Assembly (NCBI RefSeq): GCF_001644705.1
Contig: NZ_CP015137.1
Coordinates: 2,760,001 to 2,792,000, forward strand
DNA length: 32,000 bases
Origin: Dickeya solani IPO 2222
Lineage (GTDB): Bacteria > Pseudomonadota > Gammaproteobacteria > Enterobacterales > Enterobacteriaceae
Direction: 5' to 3'
Both the position numbers and the translations under genes were made by a program. A model generated the notes under the pieces. It did no database searches and had not been told where the DNA came from. It worked only from the letters and a program-made list of their open reading frames with translations. Positions 25,042-32,000 of the stretch are shown here, piece by piece. Position 1 is the stretch's first letter; every line of letters starts with the position of its first letter.

Positions 25042-25821
25042 TCAGGATTTGCCGTTGGTGATGTGATCGAGATGGACGACCGGATTTTCGGCGAACATGT
25101 AGCGATCGACGTTGAATTCGAAGTCATCGGTGGTGGCGCGGAACAGCATCTGCTTGGTGTTTTCCAGATGTTGCCACATCGCCAGCTTGGCGGCGTAGGG
25201 ATCTTTGCGGATCAGCGCTTTGAGAATCTGATCGTGCTCTTCACACCAGCTTTCGATCGACTTGTCGTCGATATGTTCGTGCAGCTTGCGCCAGTAGGGG
25301 TTGTGGATACGCTGGCTCCACATCTTTTCCACGATGGTGGCCATCGCCGAGTTCTGGGTAGCCAACGCGACCTGTACGTGGAATTTCAGATCCCACTCCG
25401 AATCGCGGAAACGGTCTTCCTGACGGGCGTTTTCCTGAATCTCCATCAGTTGGATGATGTCCTGCCGGGTGACCTGGGTGGCGGCGAACTCCGCGATATT
25501 GCTCTCTATCAATTGGCGTGCCTGCAGCAGTTCGAACGGCCCGGCGGTGAGAAAATCGGCGTCGCTGCCGTTGGCGGCCAGCAGATGGCGCTGTTGACTG
25601 GACATAACGTGAATGCCGGAACCTTTGCGAACTTCCACGTAACCTTCCACTTCCAACATGATGATGGCTTCGCGTACCACGGTACGGCTGACGTTCATCT
25701 CTTCGGAAATATTGCGCTCGGCCGGCAGTTTGTCGCCCACCGGATAAACGCCGTTCTCAATGCGTTGTTTCAATTCTGCGGCCAACTGCTGGTAGAGCCG
25801 CCTGGATTCTGTCAGTGCCAT
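25042..25821 (-). CDS. exuR: GntR-family hexuronate regulon repressor ExuR
   Basis: [72 protein letters not shown]… is colinear with E. coli ExuR. I set the start at Met14 (E. coli starts MEITEPRRLYQQ). The ORF-track start at 25860 is a TTG. Confidence 0.92.
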   Translation of the reverse strand: MALTESRRLYQQLAAELKQRIENGVYPVGDKLPAERNISEEMNVSRTVVREAIIMLEVEGYVEVRKGSGIHVMSSQQRHLLAANGSDADFLTAGPFELLQARQLIESNIAEFAATQVTRQDIIQLMEIQENARQEDRFRDSEWDLKFHVQVALATQNSAMATIVEKMWSQRIHNPYWRKLHEHIDDKSIESWCEEHDQILKALIRKDPYAAKLAMWQHLENTKQMLFRATTDDFEFNVDRYMFAENPVVHLDHITNGKS

Positions 25822-25918
25822 GATGCCTGCTCTTAAGATAGAGGACGCTCCCTGAGGCAACGTGCGTCACTGCGTCTATCTCGTTATGATGATTTCGTTA
25901 GACTGATATTCAGAGTAG

Positions 25919-25934
25919 ATTTGTTATACCACCT
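25919..25934. promoter_or_regulatory. ExuR-type operator-like sequence upstream of exuR (ATTTGTTATACCACCT)
   Basis: It shares ATTTGTYATACCA with the box at 27610-27627. GntR-type GT…AC core. Confidence 0.35.
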
Positions 25935-25997
25935 ACAGCGGACGGCGACCAACACCGATGTCACAGTTAGCTGTTGTGATAAACCCAGAGGAAAGGA

Positions 25998-26027
25998 TTC
26001 ATCCGGTATCCCATGATACCGGATGAA
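25998..26027 (-). terminator. exuT terminator hairpin
   Basis: TTCATCCGGTAT-cccatg-ATACCGGATGAA forms a perfect 12-bp stem 31 nt after the exuT stop. On the minus strand it is followed by TCCTTTCCTCTGGGTTT. Confidence 0.7.
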
Positions 26028-26057
26028 TGGCGTGAAGCAGAAATTTGTCTGTCAGTG

Positions 26058-27356
26058 TTAGTGTTGCTGCGCGGTTTTCAGTTCGGCGTCGTTATTTCCT
26101 TCTGAAGCCGGATTGTTTTTCAGTACCGTCCAGATAACGACCGCGCCCAACAGGTCAAATATGGCCAGTACGGCGAACAGCGGGCTAAAGCCGATGGTAT
26201 CGGCCAGCGCACCTACGACCAGGGCGAACAGCGTGCTGGCAGTCCAGGCCGCCATCCCGGTCAGGCCATTGGCTGTGGCCACTTCATTGCGACCGAACAC
26301 GTCGGAAGACAGCGTAATCAGCGCACCAGACAAGGATTGATGGGCAAAGCCGCCGACGCACAGCAGAGCGATAGCGATATACGGGCTGGTAAACAGGCCG
26401 ATGGTGCCGGGGCCGATCATCAGCAGCGCGCCCAGCGTAACAACCAGTTTGCGGGAAACGATCAGGTTCACCTTGAAGTATTTCTGGAACATCATCGGCA
26501 TGTAACCGCCGAGAATACAGCCCAGGTCGGCAAACAGCATCGGCATCCAGGCGAACATAGCGATTTCTTTCAGGTTAAAGCCATAGGCTTTGAACATGAA
26601 CAGCGGGATCCAGGCGTTGAACGTCCCCCAGGCCGGTTCTGCCAGAAAACGCGGCAGCGCGATGCCCCAGAACTGGCGGTTACGCAGAATCTGCCAGGCG
26701 GACATTTTCTTGGCGTTGCCAGCCTGATGCTGAGCTTCCTGACCGCCCAGGATGTACTCGCGTTCTTCCGAACTGAGTTTTTTCTGATCTTTCGGGTGCT
26801 TGTAGAAATAGAGCCAGCACAGCGCCCACACCATGCTCAACGCGCCGGTGACCAGAAACGCCATCTGCCAGCTGTGCGCCATGATAGCCCATACCACCAG
26901 CGGCGGAGCCAGCATACCGCCAATTGAAGAACCGACGTTGAAGTAACCTACCGCAACAGAGCGCTCCTTGGCCGGGAACCATTCGCTGCTGGCTTTCAGG
27001 CCGGCGGGAATCATCGCTGCTTCTGCCGCGCCGACCGCGCCGCGCGCGATAGCCAGGCCGCCCCAACTGCTGGCCAGCGCGGTGCCTGCGCAGAACAGCG
27101 CCCACAGGACAGCGAACATGGCATAGCCCACTTTGGTGCCCAGCAGGTCCAGCACATAACCGGCGACAGGCTGCATGATGGTGTAGCAGGCTGAATAGGC
27201 CGCAATGATATAGGAGTATTGCTGGGTGCTGATATGGAGCTGTTCCTGCAGTGTTGGCGCCGCTGCGGCAATTGCGTTACGCGTCAGGTAGCCCAGAACG
27301 GTACCGATGGTCACCAGTCCGATCATGTACCAGCGCAAGCCTTTGATCTTGAACAT
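26058..27356 (-). CDS. exuT: Hexuronate (galacturonate/glucuronate) MFS transporter ExuT
   Basis: MFKIKGLRWYMIGLVTIGTVLGYLTRNAIAAAAPTL… is colinear with E. coli ExuT, which starts MRKIKGLRWYMIAL. The length is 432 aa as in E. coli. I set the start at Met37 with GGAGAG 9 nt upstream. The ORF-track start is 27464. Confidence 0.93.
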   Translation of the reverse strand: MFKIKGLRWYMIGLVTIGTVLGYLTRNAIAAAAPTLQEQLHISTQQYSYIIAAYSACYTIMQPVAGYVLDLLGTKVGYAMFAVLWALFCAGTALASSWGGLAIARGAVGAAEAAMIPAGLKASSEWFPAKERSVAVGYFNVGSSIGGMLAPPLVVWAIMAHSWQMAFLVTGALSMVWALCWLYFYKHPKDQKKLSSEEREYILGGQEAQHQAGNAKKMSAWQILRNRQFWGIALPRFLAEPAWGTFNAWIPLFMFKAYGFNLKEIAMFAWMPMLFADLGCILGGYMPMMFQKYFKVNLIVSRKLVVTLGALLMIGPGTIGLFTSPYIAIALLCVGGFAHQSLSGALITLSSDVFGRNEVATANGLTGMAAWTASTLFALVVGALADTIGFSPLFAVLAIFDLLGAVVIWTVLKNNPASEGNNDAELKTAQQH

Positions 27357-27609
27357 GTTAAATATCTCTCCGAGTTTAATTACCACAGCGGAACCTGTCA
27401 TCGGTCTGCCGCGATAGGTGTAGACCACGCCGAAAGTGACGGGGTGCTGCTGCGCCCCGATCAAAGCCTGCGGGAGTTGCCGCCTGACCGGTTGCCCTGC
27501 TGGCGGGCTGCGACGGCGATCCCGCCGCGCGCTTTATTGTTTTCCGGCGGGAATATCAACCCCGTTGACGTTATTGAGATTGAATCCCCTCATCAGGCAG
27601 CGCTACAAT

Positions 27610-27627
27610 AATTTGTCATACCAATTT
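27610..27627. promoter_or_regulatory. ExuR/UxuR-type operator candidate AATTTGTCATACCAATTT in the exuT/uxaC divergent region
   Basis: It is an imperfect palindrome on the TTGGTATACCAA theme that I recall for ExuR/UxuR. It lies immediately downstream of a plus-strand promoter-like TTGAAT (27580-27585), 18-nt spacer, TACAAT (27604-27609). Confidence 0.45.
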
Positions 27628-27793
27628 AAAAGTTGAGTGATATCACAAAACCATTATTTTGATAGGGAATAAAATAATCGGGTCCACACAAAGGGCTATC
27701 TGGCGAGGTGGAAGCGTAAAAATGGTGTGATGGGAAGCGATTTATGCCATTTTTGCGATCATGACCTCACTAATGGTGTCAGTTATCGCAGAT

Positions 27794-27811
27794 AATTGGT
27801 GTGATATCTTT
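27794..27811. promoter_or_regulatory. Second, half-site-only ExuR-like sequence AATTGGTGTGATATCTTT ~50 bp upstream of uxaC
   Basis: The left half AATTGGT matches the operator theme. The right half does not. Confidence 0.2.
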
Positions 27812-27858
27812 TTAAGCGTGACCGCATTTGGTTGGCAAATGAGTGTGAGGAAGCGAAC

Positions 27859-29268
27859 ATGCCCCAGTTTTTAAGTGAAGATTTTTTGTTGGATACCGAG
27901 TTTGCCCGTCGGCTGTACCATGAATTTGCAGCGGATCAGCCAATTTTTGATTACCACTGCCATTTGCCGCCTGCGCAGATTGCTGAGAATTACCGCTTTA
28001 AAAACCTGTATGACATCTGGCTGAAGGGCGACCATTACAAATGGCGCGCCATGCGCACCAACGGCGTGCCAGAGCGTTTCTGCACCGGCGACGCCAGCGA
28101 CTGGGAGAAATTCGAAGCCTGGGCCGCCACCGTACCGCATACCATCGGCAATCCGCTGTATCACTGGACGCATCTGGAACTGCGTCGTCCGTTCGGTATC
28201 ACCGACACCCTGCTGTCGCCGTCTACCGCTAAAGACATCTGGAACCGCACCAACGCCCTGCTGGAGCGCAACGAGTTCACGGCGCGCGGCATCATGCAGC
28301 AGATGAACGTGAAAATGGTCGGTACCACCGACGATCCGATCGACGATCTGCAGCATCACAAAGCGGTCGCACAGGATAAAACTTTCTCTATCAAGGTGCT
28401 GCCGAGCTGGCGTCCTGACAAGGCATTCAATATCGAACTGGCGACCTTTAACGACTACATGGCGAAGCTCGGCGAAGTGTCCGATACCGACATCCGCCGT
28501 TTCAGCGACCTGCAGGCGGCGCTGACCAAGCGTCTGGACCACTTCGCCGCGCACGGTTGTAAAGTGTCCGACCACGCTCTGGACGTCGTGTTGTACGCCG
28601 ATGCGGATGAAGCCACGCTGGATGGCATTCTGACCCGTCGCTTGTCCGGCGCCACCCTGAGCGAACATGAAGTGGCGCAGTTCAAAACCGCGGTACTGGT
28701 GTGGCTGGGCGCCGAATACGCGCGTCGCGGCTGGGTGCAGCAGTATCACATCGGCGCGCTGCGCAACAACAACCTGCGTCAGTTCAATCTGCTGGGGCCG
28801 GATGTGGGCTTCGATTCCATCAACGACCGTCCGATGGCACAGGAACTGTCACGCCTGCTCAGCAAGCAGAATGAAGAAAATCTGCTGCCGAAAACCATCC
28901 TGTACTGCCTGAACCCGCGCGATAACGAAGTGCTGGGCACCATGATCGGTAACTTCCAGGGTGAAGGCATGCCGGGCAAGATGCAGTTCGGTTCCGGCTG
29001 GTGGTTCAATGACCAGAAAGACGGCATGCAGCGTCAGATGACGCAGCTGGCGCAACTGGGCCTGCTGAGCCGTTTCGTCGGCATGTTGACCGACAGCCGC
29101 AGCTTCCTGTCCTACACCCGTCATGAATACTTCCGCCGCATTCTGTGCCAGATGATCGGCCGCTGGGTGGAAGATGGCGAAGCGCCGGGCGACCTGCCGC
29201 TGTTGGGCGAGATGGTGAAAAATATCTGTTTCGATAACGCCAAAAATTATTTCGGCATCGAGTTATAA
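27859..29268 (+). CDS. uxaC: Uronate (glucuronate/galacturonate) isomerase UxaC
   Basis: [38 protein letters not shown]… is colinear with E. coli UxaC. GAGGAAG lies 5 nt upstream of the ATG. The ORF-track start at 27832 is a TTG. Confidence 0.97.
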   Translation: MPQFLSEDFLLDTEFARRLYHEFAADQPIFDYHCHLPPAQIAENYRFKNLYDIWLKGDHYKWRAMRTNGVPERFCTGDASDWEKFEAWAATVPHTIGNPLYHWTHLELRRPFGITDTLLSPSTAKDIWNRTNALLERNEFTARGIMQQMNVKMVGTTDDPIDDLQHHKAVAQDKTFSIKVLPSWRPDKAFNIELATFNDYMAKLGEVSDTDIRRFSDLQAALTKRLDHFAAHGCKVSDHALDVVLYADADEATLDGILTRRLSGATLSEHEVAQFKTAVLVWLGAEYARRGWVQQYHIGALRNNNLRQFNLLGPDVGFDSINDRPMAQELSRLLSKQNEENLLPKTILYCLNPRDNEVLGTMIGNFQGEGMPGKMQFGSGWWFNDQKDGMQRQMTQLAQLGLLSRFVGMLTDSRSFLSYTRHEYFRRILCQMIGRWVEDGEAPGDLPLLGEMVKNICFDNAKNYFGIEL

Positions 29269-29427
29269 GAAAAGGGAGGGCGGGTGCCGTCACGGGCCCG
29301 TCTGTCAATGTGTGATTTCGGGCTGGCGCAGGGTGTTGAATCCGCCGCCCTGACGCTGTCGTAATGATCTGATGATTGTACCGACTGGCGTTTGTCCCGA
29401 AGTGTCGTGTTCTGAGGTAGCTTGTTA

Positions 29428-30879
29428 ATGCAAACGCTGAATCGTCGTGATTTTCCTGGCCGTCGTCACCCTGACCGTGTCATCCAATTTGGCGAAGGCA
29501 ATTTCCTTCGCGCCTTTATCGACTGGCAACTGGATCTGTTGAATGAACATACCGATCTGGATGCCGGCATTGTAGTGGTTCGTCCGATTGATACTGATTT
29601 TCCGCCCGCACTGGATACCCAGGATGGGTTGTACACCACCATCATTCGCGGCCTGAACGAGCAGGGCGAAGCGGTGCGCGAACCGCGCCTGATCCGCTCC
29701 GTTAACCGTGAAATCAATGTTTACCGCCAGTTTGATGACTATCTGGCGCTGGCGCATGACGCCAACATCCGTTTTGTGTTTTCGAACACCACGGAAGCCG
29801 GCATTAGCTACCATGCTGAAGATCGTCTGACCGACACGCCGCCGGCCAGCTTCCCGGCCAAGCTGACCCGTCTGCTGTTCGAACGCTTCAACCATTTTAA
29901 CGGCGCCGCCGACAAAGGCTGGGTGCTGTTGCCGTGTGAACTGATCGACTACAACGGCGAAAAACTGAAAGAGCTGGTGCTGCGTTACGCGGCGCAGTGG
30001 GAACTGCCGGCGGCGTTCACCGCCTGGCTGAATGAACACAACACCTTCTGCTCGACACTGGTGGACCGCATCGTGACCGGTTACCCGCGCGCCGAAGTGG
30101 ATGCACTACAGCAGGAACTGGGTTATCAGGACACCTTCCTGGATACCGCTGAGTACTTCTACCTGTTCGTGATTCAGGGGCCGCAATGGCTGGCGGAAGA
30201 GCTGCGTCTTAACAAGCTGAGCCTGAACGTGCGTATTGTCGACGACATCAAACCGTACAAAGAACGCAAAGTGGCGATTCTTAACGGCGCGCATACCGCG
30301 CTGGTGCCGGTGGCGTTTTTGGCCGGCCTGGATACCGTGGGCGAATCCATGAGTGATGCGCAGATCGGCAAGTTTGTCGAAACCACCATCGCCGACGAGA
30401 TCGTACCGGTGCTGGATCTGCCGCACGACGAATTAATGTCGTTCGCTCAGGCGGTGCTGAGCCGTTTCAGAAACCCGTTCATTCAGCACCAGTTGCTGTC
30501 CATCGCCCTGAACGGCATGACCAAATTCCGTACCCGCATCCTGCCGCAACTGCTGACCTACCGCGAACGCCACGGCGCCTTGCCGAAACGCCTGACCTTC
30601 GCGCTGGCGGCGCTGATTGCTTTTTATCGCGGCGAGCGCAACGGCGACAGCTACCCGCTGCAGGATGACGCTCACTGGCTGGAACGCTACGAAGTGCTGT
30701 GGGGCGGCGTGCGCGCCGGCACTACGTCGCTGGCGCAGGTGGTGAACGCGGTGCTGGGCGATGCGGAGCACTGGGAGCAGGATTTGACGCTGGTGCCTGG
30801 TCTGGCGGCGCTGGTCACCGAACAACTGCAGGCTATCGTTGATCGCGGCATGCGTGACGCGGTGGCGGGTTATTGCTAA
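29428..30879 (+). CDS. uxaB: Altronate oxidoreductase (tagaturonate reductase) UxaB
   Basis: [44 protein letters not shown]… is colinear with E. coli UxaB, and the length is 483 aa as in E. coli. The ORF-track start at 29422 is a TTG. Confidence 0.95.
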   Translation: MQTLNRRDFPGRRHPDRVIQFGEGNFLRAFIDWQLDLLNEHTDLDAGIVVVRPIDTDFPPALDTQDGLYTTIIRGLNEQGEAVREPRLIRSVNREINVYRQFDDYLALAHDANIRFVFSNTTEAGISYHAEDRLTDTPPASFPAKLTRLLFERFNHFNGAADKGWVLLPCELIDYNGEKLKELVLRYAAQWELPAAFTAWLNEHNTFCSTLVDRIVTGYPRAEVDALQQELGYQDTFLDTAEYFYLFVIQGPQWLAEELRLNKLSLNVRIVDDIKPYKERKVAILNGAHTALVPVAFLAGLDTVGESMSDAQIGKFVETTIADEIVPVLDLPHDELMSFAQAVLSRFRNPFIQHQLLSIALNGMTKFRTRILPQLLTYRERHGALPKRLTFALAALIAFYRGERNGDSYPLQDDAHWLERYEVLWGGVRAGTTSLAQVVNAVLGDAEHWEQDLTLVPGLAALVTEQLQAIVDRGMRDAVAGYC

Positions 30880-30897
30880 TCGCATAAGGTTTTATCC

Positions 30898-32000
30898 ATG
30901 CAGAGCATCATCAAGATTCATTCGTTGGACAATGTCGCCGTCGCCCTGCGCGATCTGGCGCAGGATGAAACGGTGTCGGTTGGCGATATCTCCCTGACGT
31001 TGCCGCAGGCGGTGGCGCGCGGGCATAAGTTCGCCCTCAAGCCGATGGCGTCCGGCGACATGATCGTCAAATACGGGCTGCCGATCGGCCATGCGCTGGT
31101 CGCCATCGCGCCCGGCGAGCACATCCACTCGCAGAATGCCAAAACCAACCTGAGCGATCTGGATCAGTATCAGTACCAGCCGGAGTTCATCGATCTGCCG
31201 GCGCAGGTGGCGGATCGCGAGGTGGAGATCTATCGTCGCGAAAACGGCAACGTCGGGATTCGCAACGAACTGTGGATCTTGCCGACCGTCGGCTGCGTCA
31301 ACGGCATCGCCCGTCAGATCCAGCAGCGTTTCCTCAAGGAAACCAACGATGCGGAAGGCATCGACGGCGTTTACCTGTTCACTCATCCGTTCGGTTGTTC
31401 CCAACTGGGGCAGGACCACGAAAACACCCGCACTATGCTGCAGAACATGGTGCGTCACCCGAATGCGGGTGCGGTACTGGTCATCGGTCTGGGGTGTGAG
31501 AACAATCAGGTGTCCGCATTCCGCGACACGCTGGGTGAATTCGATGCCGATCGCGTCAACTTCATGATCTGCCAACAGCAGGAAGATGAAGTGGAAGCCG
31601 GTCTGGAGCGCCTGCACCAGTTGTATCAGGTGATGCGTGACGATCGCCGGATGCCGGGTAAACTCAGCGAGCTGAAGTTTGGTCTGGAGTGCGGCGGTTC
31701 GGACGGTCTGTCCGGCATTACCGCCAACCCGCTGCTGGGACGTTTCTCGGATTATCTCATCGCCAACGGCGGCACCACCGTGCTGACCGAGGTGCCGGAA
31801 ATGTTCGGTGCCGAGCGCATCCTGATGAGTCGGTGCCGCGATGAGGCCACATTCGAGAAAACCGTGCATATGGTCAATGATTTCAAACAGTATTTCATTG
31901 AACATAACCAGCCGATCTACGAAAACCCGTCGCCGGGCAACAAAGCGGGCGGCATCACCACCCTGGAGGAGAAATCCCTCGGTTGCACCCAGAAAGCGGG
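30898..32000 (+). CDS. uxaA: Altronate dehydratase UxaA (3'-truncated by the window end)
   Basis: This ORF is not in the ORF track because no stop is reached. My hand translation from ATG 30898 gives MQSIIKIHSLDNVAVALRDL…ARGHKFAL…NELWILPTVGCVNGIARQIQQRFLKE…GAVLVIGLGCENNQ…ENPSPGNKAGGITTLEEKSLGCTQKA, colinear with E. coli UxaA. The 337-aa minus-strand ORF 30892..31905 is its antisense shadow. Confidence 0.95.
   Translation, partial: MQSIIKIHSLDNVAVALRDLAQDETVSVGDISLTLPQAVARGHKFALKPMASGDMIVKYGLPIGHALVAIAPGEHIHSQNAKTNLSDLDQYQYQPEFIDLPAQVADREVEIYRRENGNVGIRNELWILPTVGCVNGIARQIQQRFLKETNDAEGIDGVYLFTHPFGCSQLGQDHENTRTMLQNMVRHPNAGAVLVIGLGCENNQVSAFRDTLGEFDADRVNFMICQQQEDEVEAGLERLHQLYQVMRDDRRMPGKLSELKFGLECGGSDGLSGITANPLLGRFSDYLIANGGTTVLTEVPEMFGAERILMSRCRDEATFEKTVHMVNDFKQYFIEHNQPIYENPSPGNKAGGITTLEEKSLGCTQKA

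Overview
This is an enterobacterial chromosomal window. Gene order and protein sequences track E. coli K-12 closely. The uxaC-uxaB-uxaA arrangement and moderately high GC suggest a soft-rot Pectobacteriaceae such as Dickeya, but that is inference only. Layout: (i) 1-2952 is the integrase-proximal end of a genomic island inserted at the 3' end of tRNA-Phe. It holds a P4-family integrase, an Arc/Mnt-type RHH repressor with palindromic operators, a divergent small acidic ORF, and a ~540-bp GC-rich stretch with no credible CDS. (ii) 2953-12175 holds tRNA-Phe (pheU-type locus), yjdC, dsbD, cutA, dcuA, aspA, fxsA and groES-groEL. (iii) 12406-18382 holds ubiC-ubiA, plsB, dgkA, lexA with two SOS boxes, a 17-18-bp tandem repeat array, and zur. 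(iv) 18629-24445 holds yhaK, yhaJ, yqjG, yqjF, yqjK-yqjE-yqjD and mzrA-yqjA. (v) 25042-32000 holds exuR, exuT and uxaC-uxaB-uxaA, truncated at the window end. About 90% is ordinary, well-understood housekeeping DNA. I do not see a complete novel multi-gene system inside the window. The best candidates for something undescribed sit at the island edge (1-1520): the GC-rich non-coding block and the Arc-like overlapping-promoter switch. The island cargo itself lies off-window to the left. Secondary oddities are the lexA-zur tandem repeat array and a ~600-bp unassigned gap between yqjA and exuR. Many ORF-track entries are antisense shadow ORFs or have over-extended N-termini. I re-set starts where Shine-Dalgarno position and remembered E. 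coli homologues agree. All homology statements come from memory of E. coli sequences, not from a database search.
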